DNA from: an uncultured bacterium
GTDB taxonomy: Bacteria; Planctomycetota; UBA1135; GCA-002686595
Reading direction: 5' to 3'
NCBI GenBank assembly: GCA_943787795.1
Contig: CALSNU010000001.1
Coordinates: forward strand, 1,344,001-1,408,000
DNA length: 64,000 nucleotides
Shown here in pieces: positions 1 to 10,167 of this stretch (its first letter is position 1; every line of letters begins with the position of its first letter). A program made the position numbers and the translations under genes. A model generated the notes under the pieces. It was given only the letters and a program-made list of their open reading frames with translations. It was not told where the DNA came from and did not search any database.

Positions 1-819
1 TCCAGCCTGCGGCTTCTCGGGACCGTCGGCGAGCCGATCAACCCCGCCGCGTGGATCTGGTACCGCGAGAAGATCGGCGGCGGCCGGTGTCCGATCGTGG
101 ACACCTGGTGGCAGACCGAGACGGGCTCCATCATGCTCACTCCGCTGCCTGGCATGAGCGCGACGAAGCCGGGCTCTGCGATGACGCCCTTCTTCGGCGT
201 GGACGCCGCGATCCTCGACGAGGAGGGCAACGAGGTCCCGCACGGCGAGGGGGGGCTGCTCGCCATCCGTCGGCCGTGGCCGAGCATGCTGCGGGGCATC
301 TGGGGGGATGAGGCGCGCTATCGGGAGACCTATTGGTCGCGCTGGGACGGGCGCTACTACATGGCTGGTGACGGAGCCCGCCGTGACGACGACGGCGACT
401 TCTGGATCATGGGGCGCGTGGACGACGTGCTCAATGTCTCCGGACACCGCCTCTCCACCATGGAGGTCGAGAGCGCGCTCGTCAGCCACGACGGGGTCGT
501 GGAGGCCGCGGTCGTCGCGCGCCCAGATGACCTCACGGGTGAGGCCATCGTGGCCTTTGTGATCCCGAAGGATGAGGTCGCGGAGGATGGCGGGCTGACG
601 CTCGGCGCCCTGCTGAAGGCACACGTCGCCGAGGAGATCGGGAAGCTCGCGCGCCCCGCGGAAATCCGCGTCTCGCCGCGGCTCCCCAAGACCCGCAGCG
701 GAAAGATCATGCGGCGGCTCCTCAGAGCCATCGCCGCGGGTGAAGAGATTCACCAGGACACCACAACGCTCGAGGATCCCACGATCCTCGACGAGCTTCG
801 AGCCGGAGTGAAAGCATGA
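1..819 (+). CDS. acs: Acetyl-CoA synthetase, C-terminal part (5' truncated by window edge)
   Basis: Frame open from base 1: [48 protein letters not shown] (A10 Lys motif). Confidence 0.95.
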   Translation, partial: SSLRLLGTVGEPINPAAWIWYREKIGGGRCPIVDTWWQTETGSIMLTPLPGMSATKPGSAMTPFFGVDAAILDEEGNEVPHGEGGLLAIRRPWPSMLRGIWGDEARYRETYWSRWDGRYYMAGDGARRDDDGDFWIMGRVDDVLNVSGHRLSTMEVESALVSHDGVVEAAVVARPDDLTGEAIVAFVIPKDEVAEDGGLTLGALLKAHVAEEIGKLARPAEIRVSPRLPKTRSGKIMRRLLRAIAAGEEIHQDTTTLEDPTILDELRAGVKA

Positions 820-3794
820 GCCGTCCCATCCTCGCCACCCTCGCGCTACTTCTGGCCGCCCCGGGCTTCGCCCAGGGTGACCTGCCTTCGGAGCGCTCGG
901 ACATCCTCCCTGCCGTGGACCAGATCATCGCGAGCCACGACTGCCTCGCCTGCCATGACCCCGAGTCGAGCCTTCGGGACCGTCTCGACCCGGTCGCGGC
1001 GCCTGACCTCGCCGGCGTCTCGGGCCGCGTGGACCGGAACTGGCTCGTGGACTTCCTCGCGAACCCCAGGGCGACCCGGCCGGGGTCGACCCACCCGCAT
1101 CAGCTCGCGGGCCTCGAGGCGCCCGGCCGCCAGCGGGCGGCGGAGGGCATCGCTGCCTTCCTCGCTGCGAATGCGACCACCCGCAGCCAGGCGGGTGAGC
1201 CGGGTGAGGAGACCAGCGACTTTGGCACGGTCGAGCGCGGCCGCGGGCTCTTCCACAGCGTCGGGTGCGTGGCCTGCCACGGACCGCTCGAGGATGCCTT
1301 TGATCTCGAGATCACGTTGGTCGAGCTCGAGGCCGAGCTGCGCGCTGCCGAGGAGGCCGGCGAGCTGCTGGAGGAGGTCTCGGATGGGTATGACGAGGAG
1401 CCGCTCCTCGTTCGCCCGGGGACGCTCGCTCCCGATCCCCATGCGCTCCCGTCGGACCTCGCGCGCAAGTACCGCATCAGCACCCTGGCGGACTTCCTCG
1501 AGGACCCCGTGGCGGTGCGGCCCTCCGGGCACTGCCCCTCCATGGGGCTCGAGGCCGACGAGGCGCGAGCGATCGCCGCGTACCTGTTGAGGTCCCAGTC
1601 CCAGCGAGCCAACACGAGCGACGAGCGCCGGCCCGGGCTGGTCGTGAAGGTCTACGAGGCCCCGGACCTCCAGCGGGGCGGACTCGCGCGCCTCGATGAT
1701 CTCAAGCCTGTGGCGACCCAGGTCGTGCAGGAGATCAACGTCGACGCCCGGACCCGCGACGAGCAGTTTGGCCTGCGCTTCACGGGCTTTCTTGATGTCC
1801 CGGCTGACGGCCGGTATCGCTTCCATCTCGCCTCCGACGACGGCTCGCGCCTGCGCATCGGCGGGGAGCTCGTGGTGGACAACGGCGGCGTCCACGGCAC
1901 CAAGACGGTCTCTGGCGGCGCCGACCTCCTGGCGGGTGCGGTGCCCATCGAGGTGACCTTCTTCGAGGCCTCGGGTGGCGAGGTGTTGTCCCTCGAGTGG
2001 GAGGGGCCCGGCGTCAGCCGCGGCCCGCTCACTTCCGAGCGCCTCTCGCACTGGCCGCTGATCTACCGCGTGCTGGGCGCGGACGGCGAGCCGCTGGCTG
2101 ATCCGGCCCTTCGCCCTGCTTCGCCGCAGTTGGTGAAGGCTGGGCGTCAGGCCTTCGCCCGACTGGGGTGTGCCACGTGCCACGCCGGCGTGCTGCCAGG
2201 ACCGGCGCCGGAGGTGGTCCGCCAGCCCCCGTCCCTCGACGACCTGTCCGGAGCTCGAGGCAATACGCTCTGCCTCCGCCCGGACGGTCGCTACGACTTC
2301 ACTCCGGAGACGGCGGGGGAGCTGCTCGCGGCCTTCGCCGAGCCGACACGGATCGCGGCGAGCGCCGTCGATCCGGCGGATCTGGTCCAGCGGCGCCTCG
2401 CGGGCCGTCGGTGCTATTCGTGCCACCGACGCGACGACATCGGCGGGGTTCACCCCGAACTGCAGGCCTTCTACGTCGGAGACGAAGAGGCGGAGCTCGG
2501 AGACCAGGGGCGCTTCCCGCCGACGCTGTCGGCGGTTGGGCGGAAGTTCCGGCCCGAGGTGCTCCGCGCCGCGCTGCGCGGTGAGGAGCGGGTGCGTCCC
2601 TACCTCTCGACGCGGATGCCTCAGATGGGGGCCCGCGGCGTCGACGGCCTCGCTGAGCTGCTCGAGGCCGCGGACGCCAAGGCTGCTGCCGAGGTCGCGT
2701 CCGCGCCGTCCTGTGACATGGAGCTGACCGCCGACGGGCGGCGGCTGGCGGGGACCCGCGGGCTGGGGTGCGTGCAGTGCCACCGCTTCCTCGGCAGCGA
2801 GAGCCTCGGGGTGCAGGCCATCGACATGGGGCAGATGCACCGCCGCCTCCGCTACGAGTGGTTCCATGACCTGCTCTTGAACCCGGCGAACGTGGACCTC
2901 GACGCGCGCATGGCTAACCTCTGGGTGGAGGGCGAGAGCCCCGTCCAAGACATCGCCGACGGCGACATCGAGGCTCAGATCGAATCGCTCTGGTGCTGGC
3001 TGGGCGGTGAGGAGAACATGGCGCCGCCCCCCGGCCTTGAGACGGGCCCTTGGGCCTTCGAGGTGGACGTCTCCGAGGAGCCGCGCACGGTGGCGGTCTT
3101 CATGAACGAGGTGTCGCCGCGGGTCCTCTGCGTCGGCTCTCCCACCGGGCTGCACTTCGCCTTCGACGAGCAGAACGCGCGCCTCGTGAAGGTCTGGCGC
3201 GGGCGCTTCCTGAACGCCGAGAAGACCTGGAAGGGGCGCGCCGGCGGCCTGGAGATGCCGGCCTCTTCGGATACCGTGGACCTGGGCTCGGCCCTGCCAG
3301 TCCTCCCGTTCGGTTCCATGACGGACCCCTGGCCTGGATCCACAGGCCTCGACGCGGGCGCGCGGATCCTCGGGCGGACCGCCCACCCGGACGGCTCGAT
3401 GACCTTCCGTTACGCGATCGGGGACCTGCGCATTGAGGAGCTTGTTCGGCCCCTCGAGATGACGCTCGAGGAGGGAGCCAGTACGGCGCCAGGCACGCGC
3501 CTCGGCGTGGAGCGGGTCTTCACCGTACGGGCGCCCCTCGGGACCGCGGTCATGGCGCGCCCCCTGGCGGCCCGCCGCTTCGATAGCCTCGGCGCGGGGC
3601 GCTGGAGCGTGAATGGAGGGGCGTGGCCGGTCCTCGAGGTGGACGAGCAGAGCGCTCGCCGCGCCCGGATCGTGGACGCGGTGGCAGACGGCGCGTCCAC
3701 CACCGCCGAGCTTCGAATCCCAGTTCTCATGCTCCCGGAGGAACCCGGGAGCCAGACTCTCGTTGGTACGTTCTCTTGGAGGTATGCGTGGTGA
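816..3794 (+). CDS. Secreted multiheme c-type cytochrome with PA14 domain
   Basis: Signal peptide; five CxxCH motifs (CLACH, CVACH, CATCH, CYSCH, CVQCH); PA14 signature FGLRFTGFL...[11 protein letters not shown]...NGGVHG; ATGA overlap with acs. Confidence 0.85.
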   Translation: MSRPILATLALLLAAPGFAQGDLPSERSDILPAVDQIIASHDCLACHDPESSLRDRLDPVAAPDLAGVSGRVDRNWLVDFLANPRATRPGSTHPHQLAGLEAPGRQRAAEGIAAFLAANATTRSQAGEPGEETSDFGTVERGRGLFHSVGCVACHGPLEDAFDLEITLVELEAELRAAEEAGELLEEVSDGYDEEPLLVRPGTLAPDPHALPSDLARKYRISTLADFLEDPVAVRPSGHCPSMGLEADEARAIAAYLLRSQSQRANTSDERRPGLVVKVYEAPDLQRGGLARLDDLKPVATQVVQEINVDARTRDEQFGLRFTGFLDVPADGRYRFHLASDDGSRLRIGGELVVDNGGVHGTKTVSGGADLLAGAVPIEVTFFEASGGEVLSLEWEGPGVSRGPLTSERLSHWPLIYRVLGADGEPLADPALRPASPQLVKAGRQAFARLGCATCHAGVLPGPAPEVVRQPPSLDDLSGARGNTLCLRPDGRYDFTPETAGELLAAFAEPTRIAASAVDPADLVQRRLAGRRCYSCHRRDDIGGVHPELQAFYVGDEEAELGDQGRFPPTLSAVGRKFRPEVLRAALRGEERVRPYLSTRMPQMGARGVDGLAELLEAADAKAAAEVASAPSCDMELTADGRRLAGTRGLGCVQCHRFLGSESLGVQAIDMGQMHRRLRYEWFHDLLLNPANVDLDARMANLWVEGESPVQDIADGDIEAQIESLWCWLGGEENMAPPPGLETGPWAFEVDVSEEPRTVAVFMNEVSPRVLCVGSPTGLHFAFDEQNARLVKVWRGRFLNAEKTWKGRAGGLEMPASSDTVDLGSALPVLPFGSMTDPWPGSTGLDAGARILGRTAHPDGSMTFRYAIGDLRIEELVRPLEMTLEEGASTAPGTRLGVERVFTVRAPLGTAVMARPLAARRFDSLGAGRWSVNGGAWPVLEVDEQSARRARIVDAVADGASTTAELRIPVLMLPEEPGSQTLVGTFSWRYAW

Positions 3795-5311
3795 TTCAAT
3801 CCCTTGCCCTGGTCACTCTCGCGGGCTTCAGCCCGGCAGCCCTGAGCGCGGTGAGCCACGCCGCGCAGGACGTCCCGACCCACGCGGAGCGTGAGGCGCG
3901 CGCCTACAGCGTGAGGTCGTGCCCGCTCCCCGAGGGCGTCGCCCTCGAGGTCGGCGGCCTCGAGATCATCCCCGGCCCTGACGGGCCCCGGGTCCTCGCG
4001 GTGACGCGTCGGGGCGAGATGTGGGGGATTGACGGCTTCGCCGGCGGCGAGGTCGCCGAGCAACCGGCCTTCGAGCGCGTTGCGGACGGCCTGCACGAGC
4101 CCCTCGGGCTGCTGCGGGACGGCGACGCTTTGATGGTCGCCTGCCGCGGCAAGCTGGTCCGGCTGACGGACACCGACGGTGATCATGTCTACGAGACCCA
4201 CGACTCGGTGACCGATTGGTGGCGCATCAGCGGCAACTACCACGAGTACAACTTCGGCCCGGCCCCGGCGATCGACGGGAGCTACTGGATCACGACCAAC
4301 AAGCCCTTCGGCGCGCAGCCGTTCGGGCGGGTGACGTGGCGCGGCTACGCGCTCCGGATCACGCCCGACGGTGAGGTGACGCCCATGTGCGCGGGGCTCC
4401 GGTCTCCCGCGGGGGTGAACACGTCGCCCACGGGCGAGGTCTTCTACACGGACAACCAGGGCGAGTGGTGCGGCGCCAGCAAGCTCAGCCTCCTGCGGCC
4501 GGGGAGCTACCACGGTCACCCGCACGGGATCGGGAGCACCGACCTCCCCGAGTGGCCCTGGCCCCGGCCGGCGGCCCTCCCGGAGGGGCAGCTGTTCTCG
4601 GACATCGCCGCGTCCGGGGACTTCCCTGCCTTCCAGATGCCGAGCGTCTGGTTCCCCCACGGGGAGATGGGGCGGAGCCCCGCCGGGTTCGTGTGGGACC
4701 AGAGCGAGGGCAAGTTCGGCCCGTTCCCGGGGCAGATCTTTGTCGCGGACCAGTACGACGCCGCGGTCTTCAGGGTCGATCTGGAGCGGGTCGGCTCACA
4801 GTGGCAGGGGGCCTGCTTCCGCTTTCGTGAGGGTCTTGCCTGCGGGGTGATTCGCGTGGCCTTCACCGAGGAGGGCGCCCTCCTGCTCGGCGAGACGGAC
4901 CGAGGCTGGGGGTCACGCGGGTCCCTGACCGAGGGGCTTCAGCGCCTGGACTGGACGGGCTTCGTGCCCTTCGAGATCCACACCATGCGGCTGCTCAAGG
5001 GCGCGCCGGGATTCCGGCTGCGCTTCACCTCCCCGGCCAGCGCCGAGTCCCTGGCGGAGCTCGCCAGCTACTCCATGGAGAGCTACACCTACCAGTCCAC
5101 TCAGCGGTACGGCAGCGCGGAGCTCTCCAAGGAGAACCCCACGGTCCAGTCCGCGACGCCGCACGCTGACGGGCTCGGCGTGGACCTCGTCTTCGAAGGC
5201 CTCCGTGAGGGCTTCGTGCACGAGCTGGACGCCTCGGGCGTGAGGTCGGCGGACGGTGCGCTCGACCTGCTGCATCCGAAGGGGTACTACACCCTCATCA
5301 AGATGCGCTGA
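3791..5311 (+). CDS. Secreted beta-propeller protein (glucose/sorbosone dehydrogenase-like, PVC-type)
   Basis: GTG start overlapping upstream stop (GTGA); signal peptide; GLHEPLGL, SGNYHEYNFG, GLRSPAG, YTDNQGEW motifs typical of PVC propeller proteins paired with cytochromes. Confidence 0.7.
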   Translation: MIQSLALVTLAGFSPAALSAVSHAAQDVPTHAEREARAYSVRSCPLPEGVALEVGGLEIIPGPDGPRVLAVTRRGEMWGIDGFAGGEVAEQPAFERVADGLHEPLGLLRDGDALMVACRGKLVRLTDTDGDHVYETHDSVTDWWRISGNYHEYNFGPAPAIDGSYWITTNKPFGAQPFGRVTWRGYALRITPDGEVTPMCAGLRSPAGVNTSPTGEVFYTDNQGEWCGASKLSLLRPGSYHGHPHGIGSTDLPEWPWPRPAALPEGQLFSDIAASGDFPAFQMPSVWFPHGEMGRSPAGFVWDQSEGKFGPFPGQIFVADQYDAAVFRVDLERVGSQWQGACFRFREGLACGVIRVAFTEEGALLLGETDRGWGSRGSLTEGLQRLDWTGFVPFEIHTMRLLKGAPGFRLRFTSPASAESLAELASYSMESYTYQSTQRYGSAELSKENPTVQSATPHADGLGVDLVFEGLREGFVHELDASGVRSADGALDLLHPKGYYTLIKMR

Positions 5312-5350
5312 CCCGCCCGCGCGGGTGGACCGCGCGGTGGTCCCGCCAGG

Positions 5351-6331
5351 TCAACCCTCGAGGAGGTCCAGTCCCTGCCGCTGCCCGTGGAGGTCCTCGT
5401 CCTTGCGGCGAGCCGTCTCGAGCAGCAGGTGGGTGACGTTGTAGCGCCGCTTGGTCGCGGTGTCCGTGCCGGTGCCAGCGTGGAAGGTGAAGCTCGCTCC
5501 GGTCACATCACACAGTCGCTCGAAGATCCCCTGGACCTGGAGCTTCAGCGCAGCGCTGATCGATTCGGGCAGCAGCTCTCCGTTGCGGCGCAGCGCCTCT
5601 CCGATCTTCAGCCCGCTCGGGGAGTTCTCGAGGAGCTCCTGGAGGCGCTCTTCGGTCAGGAAGCCCAGCGAGATGAGCAGCTCTCCAAGTCGTTGGCCTG
5701 CTGGCGAACTGGAGCTGGTGACGCGGCAGAGTTCCCCCCCGATGTAGGTGAGCGAGAACGTCTCCCGGGCGGCCTTGATCCGGAGGACCCCCGTCTTGGA
5801 CTGCATCTGGAAGAACCCGATCAGCTCAGGGACCGATACGGCGTCGGTGTGACCGCTGAAGTCTGGTGCTCCCGCCGGCGCGTCTGAAGGCGCATCGAAG
5901 GCGGTCGCCTCGTCGAGGTTGAGGGTCACTCGCATCGCGCCGGTAGCGCCGGCCGCTCCGGCCGCTCCGGCCGCGGGGGGCGACTCTTGATCGTGGCCCG
6001 TTGGACGAGCGCCGAGGGTGCCTCGATCGTCAAACAGCACACCGCTTCGCACCTCGAAGAGCCGACAGAGGGCGTCGGCGAGGTCCTCGTCATAGTCCGA
6101 GAGCTCGCGGGTACGAAAGGCTGCGGTTCGGGAGGGCGAGGGGGCGCCTGGCGCGAGGGGGCGCGGGGAGCCGAGATCCTCGAGGGCGAGCTCGGTGTGA
6201 CGGCGCACCCGATCGAGAACGGCAGAGGAGAGCGAGTCCTCGGTCGACGGTCCGAGCCCGTGCAGTCTCTCCGCGAGTTCCTCCGCGAGGGAGCGGATCT
6301 CGGTGAGGTGAGTGGGGTGAGTGCCGGGCAT
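5351..6331 (-). CDS. DUF4388/PATAN-domain protein with MshEN-like motif pair
   Basis: FSGHTDAVSVPELIGFFQMQSKTGVL (DUF4388-like); RLGELLISLGFLTEERL and KIGEALRRNG...AALKLQ. Confidence 0.7.
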   Translation of the reverse strand: MPGTHPTHLTEIRSLAEELAERLHGLGPSTEDSLSSAVLDRVRRHTELALEDLGSPRPLAPGAPSPSRTAAFRTRELSDYDEDLADALCRLFEVRSGVLFDDRGTLGARPTGHDQESPPAAGAAGAAGATGAMRVTLNLDEATAFDAPSDAPAGAPDFSGHTDAVSVPELIGFFQMQSKTGVLRIKAARETFSLTYIGGELCRVTSSSSPAGQRLGELLISLGFLTEERLQELLENSPSGLKIGEALRRNGELLPESISAALKLQVQGIFERLCDVTGASFTFHAGTGTDTATKRRYNVTHLLLETARRKDEDLHGQRQGLDLLEG

Positions 6332-6467
6332 GCTTCGACCCGACGGAAACCCTCGGGATTCCCAAGATTTCGTCCCGGGTCAAGCCGCGGCTGGAGCCCG
6401 AGCCTGAAATCCCGCACTGCCGCCCGGGGAAATCACCCCCGGCCAGAAATATCTTCCGACCGGAGGC

Positions 6468-7442
6468 TCAGATCCCGAGGTTCTCGGTCTCGCCGCGCCC
6501 TGAGCTATCGTCCTTCCACCAGTCGTCGGAGGTGACCTCCAGGACGCCTTCTCGGTACGGCCGAGGCTCCCAACCGAGCTCCTCCCGCGCGGCAGTGATG
6601 TTGTGATCGTGGTGCAGCGAGAAGTAGCCGGCCCCTCGGCGTTCCTTGGTGACGTCCTTGAAGAGGCCCTTGAGCAAGATCGCGCGTTCGACCCAGCGGC
6701 GGGGGATGTTCCTGCGGCGGACGTTGCCGCCCGTGGCGGCGATGGTGAGGTCGAGGAAGTCGTTGAAAGAGACTCCGGCGGGTCCGGCGATCTCGAAGAC
6801 CCGAAAGTCCTCCTTGCCGCGTTCGTAGTCGAAGGCTCGCACGATCGCCTCCACGAGGTCGTCCACGTGGACGGGGTTCAGCATCGAGAGGCCCTCGTGA
6901 TAGACCCAGTAGGAGCCCTTCTGGGCGCCGCACTTGCGCAGCAGCGGCGCGGTGTGTCGGAAGTCACCGCGCCCGTAGACGAGCGTGGGTCTGAAGGACG
7001 TCCAGCGCACACTGGAGCCCCGTACGATCTTCTCCTGCACACGCTTGGAGTCCCGGTAGTAGCTGTAGACCGGGACGCCGATGACCGCGGAGGCCACGTT
7101 GATGAACTGGAAGTTCTCGGCAGCGTTCCGCTCGGCTTCTGCCACCAGGGCCTCGGTACCCGCCACGTTGACCGTCTGGAGCACCTCGTCAGAGAGGTGG
7201 TCGTGGGCGCTGGCGAGGTGAATCAGGAAGTCGGCGTCCTTGAGGAAGCCGTCCACTGACCCCGGGTCGGTGAGGTCTCCCTCGTGGAATTCGAGGTGGT
7301 CGGGGTTCTCGAGCGGCTGGTCGCTGAGGACCGTGGAGCGGCCTGGCCGCACGAAGGCGCGGACGTGATGTCCGTCCCTGAGCAGGCGTCGGACAATGTA
7401 CTGACCGATGAATCCGGTCGATCCTGTGACGGCGATGAGCAT
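6468..7442 (-). CDS. NAD-dependent epimerase/dehydratase (extended SDR)
   Basis: TGSTGFIG Rossmann motif, YRDSK (YxxxK), RPTLVYG, VHVDDL. Confidence 0.85.
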   Translation of the reverse strand: MLIAVTGSTGFIGQYIVRRLLRDGHHVRAFVRPGRSTVLSDQPLENPDHLEFHEGDLTDPGSVDGFLKDADFLIHLASAHDHLSDEVLQTVNVAGTEALVAEAERNAAENFQFINVASAVIGVPVYSYYRDSKRVQEKIVRGSSVRWTSFRPTLVYGRGDFRHTAPLLRKCGAQKGSYWVYHEGLSMLNPVHVDDLVEAIVRAFDYERGKEDFRVFEIAGPAGVSFNDFLDLTIAATGGNVRRRNIPRRWVERAILLKGLFKDVTKERRGAGYFSLHHDHNITAAREELGWEPRPYREGVLEVTSDDWWKDDSSGRGETENLGI

Positions 7443-7531
7443 GTGTCGGTTCGATCGCGAGGGGAGGGCGCGCGCAAAAGACTACCGCGCTCACAGGTCC
7501 CCCGTGCCTCTGAGCCGGTCAGGATGAAGGC

Positions 7532-8464
7532 ATGACCCGATCCAGCGAGGGCCGAGGAGACACAATGCGGGACCTAGACGGGCTCCGGAAGGAGCCCGTG
7601 CCCGGACCTGAGGTCGGGGCTGTGACGGGGGTCGTTGCGGCGCTCCCGGGCGAGCTCGGCGAGCTCGGGGTGCTCGGAGGGGGTAAGCCCTGGTCGGGAC
7701 CGCCGCTTGGAACGCCTATTTTTGAGACGACCCTCCCGGTCGGCGGGCGGATCCTCGCGGTGGCCTCGGGGGTCGGCAAGGTCGCCGCGGCCGGTGCGGC
7801 TGCGGGACTGGTCGCTGCCGGGGCCACTCGGCTGCTGGTGGTGGGGACCTGTGGCGGGCTGAGGGCACAGGAGACCGTCGGGGCGCTGATCCATGCGCGG
7901 AGGGCCGTCCAGTGGGACCTGGCGACGCGCCACGGTCGCGAGCTGACCGCCGACGAGGCATTGATGGAGGCCTGGCGCGCGATCATCGGGGGGGAGCGGG
8001 GCTGCATCCTGACCGCGGACCGACCGGTGATTCGATTCCTGGACCGGCTACGCGTCGCCCGGGCAGCTGCGAAGACCGAGGCCGGTCCCGTGGTCGCGGA
8101 CATGGAGACGGCCGCGGTGGCCGCGGTGGCGTCCCAGGCGGGGATTCCCTGGGCTGGCCTCAAGGTGGTCTCGGACCGGAGGCCGGGCTGGACGGAGCTC
8201 TCCCGGTGGTCTGGGGCCTCCATGGATGGGTTCAAGGAGGCCCTCCGGACCCACGGGGCCCGCCCTGCCGGGTCGGTCCCGCTGCTCTGTGAGGCTCTCG
8301 CGAGGCCGCGATGTGAGCGAGAGGGAGGTTCACTCGATCATCCGGTCGCGGGCCCTATTAGAGGCCCTAATGGAGGCCCTAATGGAGGCCCTAATGGAGG
8401 CACCGTCGCTGGCCCGGAAGGAGACATCGAGGGTGAGTCGGCGGAAGGCACAGCCTCCCCTTGA
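7532..8464 (+). CDS. MTA/SAH nucleosidase / nucleoside phosphorylase family protein (start may be ATG 7565)
   Basis: SGVGKVAAA, GTCGGL, DMETAAVA, KVVSD motifs of the PNP_UDP_1 family. Confidence 0.75.
   Translation: MTRSSEGRGDTMRDLDGLRKEPVPGPEVGAVTGVVAALPGELGELGVLGGGKPWSGPPLGTPIFETTLPVGGRILAVASGVGKVAAAGAAAGLVAAGATRLLVVGTCGGLRAQETVGALIHARRAVQWDLATRHGRELTADEALMEAWRAIIGGERGCILTADRPVIRFLDRLRVARAAAKTEAGPVVADMETAAVAAVASQAGIPWAGLKVVSDRRPGWTELSRWSGASMDGFKEALRTHGARPAGSVPLLCEALARPRCEREGGSLDHPVAGPIRGPNGGPNGGPNGGTVAGPEGDIEGESAEGTASP
8351..8400 (+). repeat. 12-bp tandem repeat (GGCCCTAATGGA x3 plus one variant) encoding GPNG in the nucleosidase tail
   Basis: Read directly from sequence. Confidence 0.9.
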
Positions 8465-8654
8465 CCGCCTCTTTGCGCTAAGCGAGCCCAGCTTGTGGAC
8501 AAGCTGCCTCAGAATGCCGAGGCGCTGCGACCGATAGGACTGCTGTCGGCTGTATACCGATTCTCCCCGCGGCAACTCCCACGCCGTCCCCGTCCGCCGA
8601 GAGCGGCCCGGGTCGCCCCATGCTCCCCACCCTTTCCTCTTCGCAGAGCCCGAG

Positions 8655-10154
8655 TTGACCGCTGCTGGCACATTTGTTCGGCGCAACTTCGAGCCGCTCG
8701 TCCTGTCGGTCCAGGTCCTCGTGGACCTGCTGGTCGTGGGGCTCGCGTGCGTGCTCGCCTGGTGGATTCGTGAGCAGGCCTTCGCTGGCGGGGGGATCTA
8801 CGGGCCTGCCAGCAGCACGCCCCTGGAACTCTACCGAGAGGTCTTCGCCATCACGGCGGCGGTGTGCTTGGTCAGCTTCCACACCTTCGGGCTCTACAGC
8901 GCGAGCAAGAGCCTGCTCAACGTCGAGGAGTACAAGGCCGTCGCGAAGTCGAGCGTGGTCTCCTTCTTCGTGGTGTTGGTCCTGCTCTTCTTCCTGAGAG
9001 AGACGAACGCGACCACTGATGGCGGCGGTATCTACGCTCCGTTCCTCTGGCTGCACAAGGAGTTCGAGCTCAAGGTGAACCCTGACTACCTGTCGAGGGT
9101 CACGCTCTTGCTCTCATTCGTCTTCATCATGTTGATGACGATCGTGAGCCGCTTCTGCTCGTTCCGCGTCATCCAACGGCTCCATGAGCGGGGGATCGGC
9201 AACCGCAACGTGCTCGTCGTGGGCGCAGGGTGGACGGGGCGTAAGCTCCAGGAGAAGTTCCTCCATGTGCCGACCCTGGGCCTGAACTTCATCGGCTTCG
9301 TCGACGACGACGAGGGGCTGGTGGGAAGCTGGATAGGTCGCGGGCAGGTCCTCGGGACCGTCAAGGACCTCAAGCGCGTCGTCGGCGAGCGGAAGATCGG
9401 AGAGGTGTTCATCTCGCTGCCCGAGACCAAGGAGTCGGAGGTCCTGGAGATCTGCTCCATGCTCGACGAGATGGGGACGCCCTACTTCGTGGTGCCGCGC
9501 TTCTACCACCTGATGTCCTACAACGTACGGATCGAGAACCTCGACTCGATCCCGCTGATCACCCGCAGGGAGCGCAGCGAGTCCCTGATGTCCCTCGCGG
9601 TCAAGCGCGCCTTCGACGTCATTGTCTCCGGCACCGTGCTGGCGTTGAGCCTCCCCGCGTTGATCGCCTTCGCGGTGCTCATCAAGCGTGAGTCCGCGGG
9701 CCCGGTCTTCTTTCGCCAGCGGCGGATCGGAATGGGCGGGCGCCCCTTCGAGATGATCAAGTTCCGCACCATGCACATCGACGAGTGCGGCGACGCGGTG
9801 GCGCCGAAGAACGAGAACGACCCGCGCGTGACCCGCTTCGGCCGCTGGCTGCGGCGATACTCGCTCGACGAGCTGCCCAACTTCCTCAATGTGCTGGGTG
9901 GAGAGATGAGCGTCGTGGGGCCGAGGCCCGAGATGCCGTTCATCGTCGAGACCTACGGGGCCCTGGACCGGGAGCGGCTGCGAGCCAAGCCCGGAGTGAC
10001 CGGCCTGTGGCAGATCTCCTACGCGCGCCAGGACGCCATCCACTCCAACCTGGACTACGACCTCTACTACATCGAGAACCGCTCGCTGCTGCTGGATCTC
10101 GTCATCCTGGCGCTCACGGGGTTCGCCGTCGCGCGCGGGACAGGCGCCTTCTGA
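8655..10154 (+). CDS. Polyprenyl-phosphate glycosyl-1-phosphate transferase (WcaJ/WbaP-type priming transferase)
   Basis: N-terminal TM helices, VLVVGAG domain, KRAFD, KFRTM, SLDELPNFLNVL.GEMSVVGPRP, KPGVTGLWQ, DLYYI. Confidence 0.92.
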   Translation: MTAAGTFVRRNFEPLVLSVQVLVDLLVVGLACVLAWWIREQAFAGGGIYGPASSTPLELYREVFAITAAVCLVSFHTFGLYSASKSLLNVEEYKAVAKSSVVSFFVVLVLLFFLRETNATTDGGGIYAPFLWLHKEFELKVNPDYLSRVTLLLSFVFIMLMTIVSRFCSFRVIQRLHERGIGNRNVLVVGAGWTGRKLQEKFLHVPTLGLNFIGFVDDDEGLVGSWIGRGQVLGTVKDLKRVVGERKIGEVFISLPETKESEVLEICSMLDEMGTPYFVVPRFYHLMSYNVRIENLDSIPLITRRERSESLMSLAVKRAFDVIVSGTVLALSLPALIAFAVLIKRESAGPVFFRQRRIGMGGRPFEMIKFRTMHIDECGDAVAPKNENDPRVTRFGRWLRRYSLDELPNFLNVLGGEMSVVGPRPEMPFIVETYGALDRERLRAKPGVTGLWQISYARQDAIHSNLDYDLYYIENRSLLLDLVILALTGFAVARGTGAF

Positions 10155-10167
10155 ACGGAGCTCCCAG

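Noticed and set aside
6468..8464. Hopanoid genes hpnA/hpnG (with the radical SAM as hpnP/J and the 25833 ORF as a cyclase)
   Set aside because: Only family-level resemblance; no DxDD squalene-hopene cyclase or hpnCDE/hpnH in the window.
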